A DNA stretch of 37,732 bases, taken from the sequence record SRR31147125_28975, one strand, 5' to 3'. The stretch's first letter is position 1, and each line of letters begins with the position of its first letter. A program made the translations under genes and the position numbers. Shown piece after piece: positions 21,850 through 31,500 of this stretch. Below the pieces are notes generated by a model, which did no database searches, was not told where the DNA came from, and was given only the letters and a program-made list of their open reading frames with translations.

Positions 21850-23196
21850 TTAATTGAAATAACTATTACTCTCGTCTAATGCATCTTGTAAAGTATCAGC
21901 ATACATATTCATAAATGATGAAGCTGATCTTGATCCAGTATATACAACTAATAATTCAGTAACAAAATCGTCATACCAAGCAGTATCATATGTATAATAT
22001 GTTGTTCTTGATTTTCCTTGAACATACTCATTACCCTCGATGATTGATAAAAACAATTGTTTATTTGTTGGATAAAGTTGTGTTTCATCATACCCTACGT
22101 TATTTAAGAAATCAGTTTTTGCAATCGACATAAGATTTGGCACTGATTGTCCTAATTGATATGCCATGGTTTGTGATGTTTCAGAAATAGTTAAGTATGC
22201 AGCAAGTTTAGCAGCTGCTTCTTTTTCTTTTGAATCTGCTGATACCGCAATACCCATTGAACCAACCCAAGCAGTAGATTTTGCATCTTCCGCAGGTCCT
22301 ACTGGAATAGGCACTAAATCAAATTCAAAATTTGTGTTTTCCCAATATCCTTTTAAATCCCAAGGTCCCATAAAACTAAATACTGCACCTTGATTTAAAA
22401 ATCTTTGATAGCCATTTGTACTTGCTTGATCATCTGCTGTTGGCATAACATGATATGTTAAATCTAAATCAGCAATAAATTGCACCGCTTCTACAAAATT
22501 AGGATCAGTGGTTGCTTGAGTTCTACCATCAACACTAATAAAATCAGCATTATTGGAGTACACGGCAGCTGCGAGTTCATAATGTGTAATGCCATATACT
22601 TTTGTCCCATTGTAAGTGCCAGTTAGTTGTTGATTTAATGCAATAAATTCATTCCATGTCATTGGTATCTCAGGGTCTGGTGAAGAAATATCAAGATCTT
22701 GACTTTCAACGATTTCATTAAATAAATCGACATTCATAACCATTGAAAAAGGTCCTAAATCCTTAGGGAGTGCATATAAATTCCCTTCTCCTAATGTATA
22801 ATTATTTCTATCATACAAATAATGTTCTGCAGCAATTGGCCACACATCCATTAGCGCTTCATCAGAAACATATTCATCTAAATTTAATAGACGACCTGCA
22901 TCTGCCCACTGAATAAATTCAGTATCTGGCATATAAAATACATCTGGTAAATTGTTGATTTTATTTTTTAGTGTTCTCATATATTGATCAGAAGAAACTG
23001 CACTATATGTTACTAAAATGTCTTCGTTTTCTTCCATAAAACTATTAATGAGTGTTTGAAAGTTTTCTTGTTCTTCAGATGAACCCCATCCAAAAAAGGA
23101 AATTGTTGTTGTACCATCATCAAGAGTTGAATCATTACATCCAACAAGTATGATTGTTATAAATGCAAATACGGTTAAAAGAAATATTTTTTTCAT
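21850..23196 (-). CDS. Carbohydrate ABC transporter substrate-binding lipoprotein (family 1)
   Basis: Lipobox LVGC; ISFFGWG, PDVFYM, LYALPKD, FMGPW; first gene of the operon. Confidence 0.92.
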   Translation of the reverse strand: MKKIFLLTVFAFITIILVGCNDSTLDDGTTTISFFGWGSSEEQENFQTLINSFMEENEDILVTYSAVSSDQYMRTLKNKINNLPDVFYMPDTEFIQWADAGRLLNLDEYVSDEALMDVWPIAAEHYLYDRNNYTLGEGNLYALPKDLGPFSMVMNVDLFNEIVESQDLDISSPDPEIPMTWNEFIALNQQLTGTYNGTKVYGITHYELAAAVYSNNADFISVDGRTQATTDPNFVEAVQFIADLDLTYHVMPTADDQASTNGYQRFLNQGAVFSFMGPWDLKGYWENTNFEFDLVPIPVGPAEDAKSTAWVGSMGIAVSADSKEKEAAAKLAAYLTISETSQTMAYQLGQSVPNLMSIAKTDFLNNVGYDETQLYPTNKQLFLSIIEGNEYVQGKSRTTYYTYDTAWYDDFVTELLVVYTGSRSASSFMNMYADTLQDALDESNSYFN

Positions 23197-23237
23197 TTTT
23201 CTATCCTCTCTTATTTAAAATTCAATTTAAGCATAAT

Positions 23238-23251
23238 TGAAAGCGCTTATT
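23238..23251. promoter_or_regulatory. cre-like / LacI-family operator upstream of the binding-protein gene
   Basis: TGAAAGCGCTTATT resembles the cre consensus TGWAANCGNTNWCA but lacks the final CA. Confidence 0.5.
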
Positions 23252-23318
23252 TTTGTAATGTTTATTTTTAATTTATAACTGACTTATTTTTTTAAAATTC
23301 AACAATCACTATGGACAT

Positions 23319-23362
23319 ATTATACACGATAAATACGTATTGTTCCCTTTATAAGAACAATA
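23319..23362 (-). promoter_or_regulatory. Putative activator-dependent promoter of the ABC/GH43 operon
   Basis: Minus-strand TATAAT at 23319-23324 with no consensus -35; inverted repeat TATTGTTC-N9-GAACAATA (23338-23362) covers the -35 position. Confidence 0.4.
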
Positions 23363-23474
23363 ATTTATAACTATACTTATTTACTTTTTACTATCTTTTT
23401 TTTATAATGATACTATAACAACTATTTTTAAATTAAAAAAATATACTTATAATGAGAATGGAGTTGGTTATCGT

Positions 23475-24320
23475 ATGGATTTTAAATTACACTATTTTGG
23501 ACATGACGTTATTGAAAATGCACCTTTTTCAATTGATAGACCAGAAGGAAGTTACCGGTATATATTTTTTCATTTTACTTCTTCAGTATTCATTGAAACA
23601 AGCGATGGTGTCATTGAAGCTTCTCCTGGAAGTTGCATTTTGTATCAGCCAGGTATAAAACAAAAGTTTTTTGTTGAAAAGCACAGACTTAAACATGATT
23701 ATCTTGATTTTACAATTCATGACCCTGAATTTTTAGATAAAATTCGTTTTCCTCTAAATACGGTTATCTATCCAAGGATGTCTCATGATATATCATCTAC
23801 TATAGAACTCATACACAAAGAGGATAATACAAATAGAGTAGGTAGCGAATACATTATCAGCAGCAAGCTTACACATTTATTTATCAATATCTCAAGAAAG
23901 ATTCATAATCACGCTGTAGGTTCAAATAGGAAATATGCTGAAGAACAACGTCAAAAGTTTGAAAGTTTGAGGTTAAGTATATATCATAATCCTGAACAAT
24001 TTAGTGTAAAAAAAATGTCGAATTCTATAGACTTTTCTCTACCTTATTTTAATCAATTATATAAACGATACTTTGGTATCACACCAATTAAAGATTTGAA
24101 TGCTGCTCGAAAAAAATTTGTAGATAAACTCATTAAAGATCATGAAACTTCGCGCATCATTACAAAGAAACTTGGTTTCTCAAGTGTTGAATACTACTAT
24201 CGCTGGTTTAAAAGTACTTTTGATATGACACCAACACGATATATCAAGTTACTACAAGACAAAGGGGAATTGCCGCATGAAAAAAACAAAATCTTACTTA
24301 CTCAATCATCCAAGACCTGA
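23475..24320 (+). CDS. AraC-family transcriptional regulator
   Basis: N-terminal cupin-like sensor (RPEGS..Y, PGSCILYQPG); C-terminal double HTH (YFNQLYKRYFGITP, LGFSSVEYYYRWFKSTFDMTP); GGAG RBS. Confidence 0.9.
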   Translation: MDFKLHYFGHDVIENAPFSIDRPEGSYRYIFFHFTSSVFIETSDGVIEASPGSCILYQPGIKQKFFVEKHRLKHDYLDFTIHDPEFLDKIRFPLNTVIYPRMSHDISSTIELIHKEDNTNRVGSEYIISSKLTHLFINISRKIHNHAVGSNRKYAEEQRQKFESLRLSIYHNPEQFSVKKMSNSIDFSLPYFNQLYKRYFGITPIKDLNAARKKFVDKLIKDHETSRIITKKLGFSSVEYYYRWFKSTFDMTPTRYIKLLQDKGELPHEKNKILLTQSSKT

Positions 24321-26037
24321 TTCCACAAGAAATATGTGGATAGATTTAAATGGTCTTTGGAAATTTAAATTCGATCCAAACCACATTGGATTATCAAATG
24401 GATGGCAAAATGGATTTGATTCATCTATTGAAATCGAAGTACCTTATGCATATCAAAGCCCTAAAAGTGGCATCAAAGATGATCAAACATATCATGTTGT
24501 TTGGTATGAAAAAACAATAACACTAAATGATGAACTACACAAAAGACCTATTCTACATTTAGAAGGGTCAGATTATTTTACAGATATTTATGTTAATGGG
24601 CAACATATTAAACACAATGAAGGTGGATACAATCAAATCTCTGTTGATTTATCCTTGTATTGTGGACAAACAATAACACTTGTTATTCGTGTTGAAGACG
24701 CGCTAGATGCCACTTTCCCTAGAGGAAAACAACGTTGGAAAACGCCTAGTTACGAATGTTTTTATGTAGAAACGACAGGTATATATAAACCTGTTTGGTT
24801 AGAATACGTTGGTAAATCATATTTATCTAAGTTTAAAATGACAACTGATGTCAATCAACGCTTGCTTGCGGTTGACTACTTTATTGATGGTGATATCGCT
24901 GATTTATATATAGAGACAACGATTGAATTTGATGATACAGTGATTTCAAAATCAAAACAACTTGTCACGAGAGAATCTTTTTCTCTTATACACCCATTAA
25001 CTACTGATCAACAGACTATGAAATTACACTTATGGGATCCAAAACACCCTCATTTGTATGATATTTCTTTTAAACTCATTAAAAATGATATTATTTTAGA
25101 TGAAGTATTATCATATTTTGGTGCAAGAAAAATTGATGTTGTTGGCCCTCAAATATTACTTAATCATGTACCTATATATTTAAAAATGGTGTTAGATCAA
25201 GGGTACTTTAATGATGGTCATATGACTCCTACTGAGGATGATTTAATACGTGATATAAAAATGATGAAGTCTCTTGGATTTAATGGTGTAAGAAAACATG
25301 AAAAAATAGAAGATGCAAGATTTCATTACTATTGCGATATCTTTGGTTTGCTTACTTGGGTAGAAATGCCATCTTTTTATGAGTTTAATCGTCTCGCTAC
25401 ATCACGCATGATGATTCAATGGCAAGATATTGTTGAAGCTCATTATAATTTCCCTTCTGTTATGGCATGGGTTTGCTTAAATGAGTCATGGGGAGTTCCT
25501 GGCATTTTAGATAACAAACATCAACAAGCATTTGCTGATGCGATGTACCATCGTACAAAATCAATTGATCAAAGTAGAATAGTCATTTCTAACGATGGTT
25601 GGGAACATACAACTTCGGATATTATAACCTTGCATAATTATAGAGAAACTTATGATGAACTCTATCATGCATACAAAGATATAAAAGATGTTTTAAACCG
25701 CAAAATAGATTTTAAACTACTTCCAAAATTTCCGTTAGCAAACGGATATTACTATCACGATGAACCAATTATTGTAAGTGAATTTTCAGGTATTGCTTTT
25801 GAAAAAGATGCACATCATGGATGGGGATATGGTCAAAGTGTTAAAGATGAAACAGCTTTTTTAAATAAATTAGAACATCAAATTGATGCACTATTAGCTA
25901 TTCCACAAATTACAGGTTATTGTGTTACACAATTAACCGATGTTCAACAAGAAGTTAACGGTTTATATACTGAAGATAGAATACTTAAAGTTGATATCAA
26001 TCGTTTAAAAGGTATTATTGCTAAAAATCCAAAATAA
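24277..26037 (+). CDS. Cytoplasmic GH2-family glycoside hydrolase
   Basis: HPRP, LNGLWKFKFD, RGKQ, TGIYKPVWLE, LDQGYF, GFNGVRKHEK, NESWG (acid/base Glu), SEFSG (nucleophile Glu), TQLTDVQQEVNGL. Confidence 0.92.
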   Translation: MKKTKSYLLNHPRPDSTRNMWIDLNGLWKFKFDPNHIGLSNGWQNGFDSSIEIEVPYAYQSPKSGIKDDQTYHVVWYEKTITLNDELHKRPILHLEGSDYFTDIYVNGQHIKHNEGGYNQISVDLSLYCGQTITLVIRVEDALDATFPRGKQRWKTPSYECFYVETTGIYKPVWLEYVGKSYLSKFKMTTDVNQRLLAVDYFIDGDIADLYIETTIEFDDTVISKSKQLVTRESFSLIHPLTTDQQTMKLHLWDPKHPHLYDISFKLIKNDIILDEVLSYFGARKIDVVGPQILLNHVPIYLKMVLDQGYFNDGHMTPTEDDLIRDIKMMKSLGFNGVRKHEKIEDARFHYYCDIFGLLTWVEMPSFYEFNRLATSRMMIQWQDIVEAHYNFPSVMAWVCLNESWGVPGILDNKHQQAFADAMYHRTKSIDQSRIVISNDGWEHTTSDIITLHNYRETYDELYHAYKDIKDVLNRKIDFKLLPKFPLANGYYYHDEPIIVSEFSGIAFEKDAHHGWGYGQSVKDETAFLNKLEHQIDALLAIPQITGYCVTQLTDVQQEVNGLYTEDRILKVDINRLKGIIAKNPK

Positions 26038-26060
26038 AAAAGGACAAAAGTCCTTTTTTT
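26036..26060. terminator. Bidirectional intrinsic terminator between convergent genes
   Basis: AAAAAAGGAC-AAAA-GTCCTTTTTTT, a perfect hairpin with A and T tracts touching both stop codons. Confidence 0.85.
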
Positions 26061-26850
26061 ATATATCCATATAATTTTTTTGTTCTTTCTTGTAGTATTT
26101 TGACGGTTCTTTTCTACCCATATATTTTTTTCTAAACACAAACACAATATAAAAACTTAAGATTACCACAACAACGTATACTGCAATTGATATATATAAA
26201 ACTGATAAATAGTCTTCGATTGAATGTATATATTTTGGATATATATGATGATCAATAAGTTCATCAAAAGGTAATTCATCATTTTGATTATCATATGCTG
26301 TCACTTCATCTTCAATGACTAATTGATTATTAGTCACTGTGAAATCATGTGATAAAACTATGTCATCATCTTCATTATATAAATCAAACGTTTCATACCC
26401 ATTTAATAATATCTCAACATCTATGCCATATTCACTGTTGTTTTCGTTTAGCATCATCGCTATATCCAATGATTGAAATTGATAAAACTGCAATGTCAAC
26501 TGCTCATCATCATTAGAAAATGTTATATTATAGTTTTTATCAATGCCTTGATCATATGTTAATAAAGCTGCGATATATGTCGTTACCTCAATACCATTTG
26601 TATTTTCCTTAACATCAGCAACTTCGTAAAATGCGATTCTATAGCCATCTTCTTCTATTTCTAATAAGATTTCATCACTACTGTAATCTCTTGCACTTCC
26701 ATAGAAAAACGCATCGTTTTCATATGTCAGTGCTTCGTTTCCTTTATCTTCAAAATAAAGATAAGACATTCTATTTTGTGCATAATTAAATGTAAACCAG
26801 AATGCGAATACAGCAAGCATCGCATATAAAATACGTCCAATTACTTTCAT
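26059..26850 (-). CDS. Hypothetical membrane protein (N- and C-terminal TM helices, acidic external domain)
   Basis: 263-aa ORF; two hydrophobic segments, basic tail; TAATG coupling to the upstream nuclease gene. Confidence 0.8.
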   Translation of the reverse strand: MKVIGRILYAMLAVFAFWFTFNYAQNRMSYLYFEDKGNEALTYENDAFFYGSARDYSSDEILLEIEEDGYRIAFYEVADVKENTNGIEVTTYIAALLTYDQGIDKNYNITFSNDDEQLTLQFYQFQSLDIAMMLNENNSEYGIDVEILLNGYETFDLYNEDDDIVLSHDFTVTNNQLVIEDEVTAYDNQNDELPFDELIDHHIYPKYIHSIEDYLSVLYISIAVYVVVVILSFYIVFVFRKKYMGRKEPSKYYKKEQKNYMDI

Positions 26851-28475
26851 TAACTATGAATTCCTAACTCGTTTTCTCTTGCGTAAGTTTCAGCGTCTTC
26901 AAACCATCTAAATAAATATCTGTTTTCAAATACTAGTTTTGATTCTGAGTCTAAGTAATTATATGAGAATCCATTTTTAACAAGTTCATAATTAAGCATC
27001 ACGCCATCAACCCACACATATGCTAACGTTCTACCATAAGTTTCTGTAAATCCTAAATCAGGATCACTTTGAAGATAAAATACACTACCATTGTTAATAA
27101 TATTTGTTGTAAATGCTTTAGCTTCTAATCCCCATGGATCAACATTTGGATATGTTTCAGGTGTATCTACACCTAAAAATCTTACACGTGAATCTCCGAG
27201 ATATCCTGGTGTAAATGCAATTGTATCACCATCATTGATTGTTGCTGGTTCTACTTGTTGCATACCACTGACTGTATCTAATCCAATTTGATTATTTAAA
27301 TATTCATCACTAATAGTAAACGATTCTGGAATTGTATTGGGGAACGTACCGAATGGTTCAAAATAGCTAGGAATAAATGCTACCCATTCATTATATGTAT
27401 AATCACGATTACCTTTAACTGTATTTTCATCTCTAATAAATAATTCATTTTCCATAATAAATAATTTATTGCCTAAATCATAGATTGTATCAATATATGT
27501 ATCATTACTATATCTTAGTTGAATGGTATCATTACCATCAAAACTTAAACGATTGGATGTTTTATCCGCTTTATCTTTTAACGTTGTCGATGTGCCACTT
27601 GATACTAATAAATATGTCTCTTGTGGTGCAAGCATGCCATCAAGTGTTACTATAATCGATGCTTCATAAGATCCATTTAAGAAAATAGCAACATGATACT
27701 CTGATAAATCAACAGTTTCATCTGTAGGATTATAGATTTCTAATGCATTATCTGAATTATCGCCTTCTAAATATTTAGAAAAGAATAGGGAATATGCATC
27801 ATCAGTAAATGTATTTTTATATACATGAATCACAATGGTTTCATCTTCATATGCTGGATCTCCAGCTTCATATAAAGCATAGCCAGCAACCTCATCTTCT
27901 GGCATTGAATCATCTGTGATATATTCAAATGTATAATTTTCAATAAATTCATACTCTAATAATTCGGTTGCTTCTGCTTTAGTTAATCCTGTTATTTCTG
28001 GTAAAAAATATCCATCATATGATACATTTACAATTACAATTTCATCTGCAGGAAAACTATCGCCTGCTTGATATCCATCATAATCAATAAATAAATAGTT
28101 TTCTGTTACTGATGCATCATATACATAATTTAGTTCATATGACACGCCTAATGTATCTAACTCATCTTCTATATTAGTAACATCTTCACCAGTTAAATCT
28201 GGTAACTCATAATAGTTATTCGCAACATATATAGTTACAGTAGAATCTTTATCAACAGCATCTCCTGTAGATAAATCTTTATATCCTATAAACTTTCCGC
28301 TTTCAATATCAAGATCTATAAGATATTCAACCTCTGTATTTATGCCTAAATCTTTTAATAAAATAACTGCATTATTTTCAGATTGTCCAGATAAATCCGG
28401 CAATTCAACACTACTATTACATGCTGTTAAAATTAATACTAACGCAAACACCATAAAAGGTATTATTTTTTTCAT
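26850..28475 (-). CDS. Lipoprotein nuclease: three PASTA-like repeats, lamin-tail domain (LTD), thermonuclease (SNase) domain
   Basis: Lipobox LTAC; LPDLSG/LPDLTG/LPEITG repeats; LFFSKYLEG..NALEIYNPT..VDLS (LTD); DGDT, RVRFLGVDTPE, YGRTLAYVWVDG, AR...LGI (SNase). Start reset to ATG 28475 (AAGGAG RBS). Confidence 0.9.
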   Translation of the reverse strand: MKKIIPFMVFALVLILTACNSSVELPDLSGQSENNAVILLKDLGINTEVEYLIDLDIESGKFIGYKDLSTGDAVDKDSTVTIYVANNYYELPDLTGEDVTNIEDELDTLGVSYELNYVYDASVTENYLFIDYDGYQAGDSFPADEIVIVNVSYDGYFLPEITGLTKAEATELLEYEFIENYTFEYITDDSMPEDEVAGYALYEAGDPAYEDETIVIHVYKNTFTDDAYSLFFSKYLEGDNSDNALEIYNPTDETVDLSEYHVAIFLNGSYEASIIVTLDGMLAPQETYLLVSSGTSTTLKDKADKTSNRLSFDGNDTIQLRYSNDTYIDTIYDLGNKLFIMENELFIRDENTVKGNRDYTYNEWVAFIPSYFEPFGTFPNTIPESFTISDEYLNNQIGLDTVSGMQQVEPATINDGDTIAFTPGYLGDSRVRFLGVDTPETYPNVDPWGLEAKAFTTNIINNGSVFYLQSDPDLGFTETYGRTLAYVWVDGVMLNYELVKNGFSYNYLDSESKLVFENRYLFRWFEDAETYARENELGIHS

Positions 28476-28512
28476 TTTCGTGCACTCCTTATTGTTACTT
28501 TGTTCAGTACTT

Positions 28513-28521
28513 ATTATACCA
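28513..28521 (-). promoter_or_regulatory. Extended -10 promoter for the nuclease gene
   Basis: Minus strand TGGTATAAT just downstream of the terminator U tract and 38 nt before the start codon. Confidence 0.6.
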
Positions 28522-28530
28522 TATTGATAT

Positions 28531-28562
28531 AAAAAAAGGTTGTTCTCAAATGAGAACAACCT
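28531..28562 (-). terminator. Strong intrinsic terminator after the 1383-aa lipoprotein gene
   Basis: 12-bp inverted repeat AGGTTGTTCTCA/TGAGAACAACCT followed by a T run on the minus strand. Confidence 0.9.
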
Positions 28563-28596
28563 CTTAAAACTTACTGTCTATATCCAGCTATATCAA

Positions 28597-31500
28597 TTAT
28601 GCTACAACTGAATGTGATCCGATATAATCAAAAGTATCTTGTGCGTATGATGTCCATTCTGAAACTGTATAAGTTGCATTTGAACTTGTCACATCTGCAT
28701 TTCTAACTAATGTCACATCTTTAGCGAAGTTTGAATCATCACCAAGTACACCAACTAAATCAACGATTGCACCATCAAATAATAGTGCTACTGCATCGTT
28801 ACCATTCCAGTTAGGAACACTTGGATAAGCTTGATCATCATCTGCAACTGCTAAGATTTCAGTACCTGCTGCACTGTTAGCTAATACAAATACTTCACCA
28901 GCTCCTAAAGTTACACCTGATAAATCATATGATTGAGTAATATCAGTAGCACCATTCGAATATAATGCTAAACTGTAACCTAATAATGTGATTGATTCAC
29001 CAGTACCATTATAGATTTCTACAGCTTTATTACTTGATGAACCTTCAATATATTCTGAAATAAATACATTTGCTGAAAATTCTACAGGTTTACTTACTGA
29101 TACAACAAATTGAACTTCTTCAGTTTCCGCTCCTACTGTCACAGTTGCAGTTAATGTTACTTCAACTGTTCCTGATTCAGGAAGTGTTACGGCACCTGTA
29201 GATGCATCAATTAATGTATTATCTGATGCCCAAGTAATTGTTGAATATGTACCTGCTGCAGGAAGTGTAATTGTTCCAGCTTCAGTAAATGAAGTTTCAA
29301 TATCTAATACCATTGCATCAGCTACAGCTTTTTCAGCATCAGTTAATGCGCTACCTACAACTAATGAAGTTTCATTTGTGAAGTATAAGTAAGGCCCGAA
29401 ACTCCAAGATAATGCGCCTTCATAATCATAAACGTCACCAACAGCGATTGCATCTAAGAATGCTTGTGCTTCTGTTGATAATGTTGCTCTTGAATCAAAT
29501 TTCATTGTAACATCTGAACCATTTGATAAGTTAACAAGTGTAACATAGGTATTACCATAACTATCAGATGATTTTTCTGAAACATATAAATGATCATAAG
29601 ACACTAACATACCTTGATAATCAATTAGAGCATCGTCTAAAGCCATTGCTGATAAATCAGTAACAGCTGGCATTGCAGGTGCTTCATCAATAATTTCATA
29701 AACTGATAAATCAGTGATTTCAGCTAATCCACCATATGGAGATAATATACCAACAACTTTAACTTCTTTACCTTGGTTAGCAGCAAAGAACGCTTGTACA
29801 TCTGAATCATAAGTGTAGATTGCGATACCACCAGTTTCATCTTGGATGAAATAAGTTCTATAGTATTCACCACCAACGATGACACCTTCTACTTTAACTT
29901 CTGAATCATCATCCATTGCTTTAGCTTCTGAAATTGTAATTGCTGGAGTTTCACCAACATAAATTTCAATTTCAACTTCTTCTGTTTCAGCACCTTTAGT
30001 AAGTGTTGCTGTTAAAGTAACCATAACTTGTGAACCATCAGTAGGCACAACAACATCACCATTTAATGCGATAACCGCTTCGTTATCTGATGCCCATGAA
30101 ATTGCAACACCTAGTTCTTCTGTTGATAATTCTAATGTGAAATCTTCTAAAATATCTTCTTCAAACACAAATCCTTCAGGTAATAAAGCTGCTACAGCTG
30201 CTACAGCTGCTGCATCACTTAAAGTATCAAATGTAATACCTGTAGTATCTGTGAAATATAAGTAAGGATCATTTGACCAAGCTAGAGGATTAGTTACTGT
30301 TACATAAGAACCTTCTATAACTGAGTCTAATAACGCTTGTGCTTCTGTTGATAATGTTACTCTTGAATCTTGTTTCATATCAAGTTCTGCACCATCTGCT
30401 AATCTAACAAATGTGATATATGTATTACCATAACTATCTGATGAAACTTCTGATACATATAAATCTGAAATTTCTACTAATTGACCTTGGTAAGGTAATA
30501 ATGCTTCTGCTGTTAAATCCATAGCATCTAAGTTAACTGCTGTTGGCATCACTGCATCAACATCATTAACAACTGTTAAGAAGTCGCTATCTGGAGATAC
30601 TTGAACCATATCTCTATATGAAGTCATTGAACCTAAGATTTGTACTTCATTACCATAGTTTGCTTGTAAGAAAGCTTCAACGTCTGAATCATATGAATAG
30701 ATTGCAACACCACCAGTAGCATCTTGGATAAAGTATGTGTTTTGATATTCGGCTGCTGTTACAACACCAGTGACTACAACAACTGTTCCAGCATCTTCTG
30801 CTCTTGCTGCTGAAATATCACTATTTGCAGGCACACCTACTGTTACAACGATTTGTACTTCAACTGGTGTGATATCACCTTTAGCAATTGTTGCTGTTAA
30901 AGTTACATCTACTTGTCCTGATGCAGGAATTGCAACTGCACCAGTTGTAGGATTAATTACCGCTTCATCTGATGATGCGTAAGTAATTATTGTATCATAT
31001 AATGATGCTGGTAAATCAAGTGTATCGCCTTCATAGAAGACTTCATCAAACATACCAGGTAAGTTTTCTTGAGCTGCATCAACAGATTGTTGATCAGTTA
31101 AGTGAACTGTAATATCATCTGAATCACCGAAGAAATAAGTATACCAGATGTTTCTATCTGAACGGTAACCGAATAATAATACATCAATTGTAATTTCTTT
31201 ACCATCTAATGCTGCAACATCATCTTTATTTGGTGAACCATAATATACAAGTAATACATCATCTGTTGCATATTCAGTTGCTTTACCATCAGTACCAACG
31301 TTTGTGATCACTGTGTTGCCAGTATAATCAACTGGTACTAAGTATGTATTATAGTTTGATCCACTATTTGTATCTTGTGCATCAACAACAACTTTAACTC
31401 TTAATTGAACATATTCAAATACCATGAAGTTTAAATCACTTGGAGGTGTTCTACCATCTAATAAGTCGGAAATTGTTGAAGTAGAACCTTCTAGTGAAGC

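Noticed and set aside
26850-28475. Nuclease as an anti-phage defence or toxin system
   Set aside because: It is a lipid-anchored extracellular SNase beside an importer, which fits scavenging better; no defence-type partner genes.
28476-28559. Longer N-termini in the ORF track (nuclease; also mnmE, nrnA copy 2, galT, GH43, SBP)
   Set aside because: The extensions cross terminators or upstream genes; downstream ATGs have an RBS and give proper signal peptides or family N-termini.
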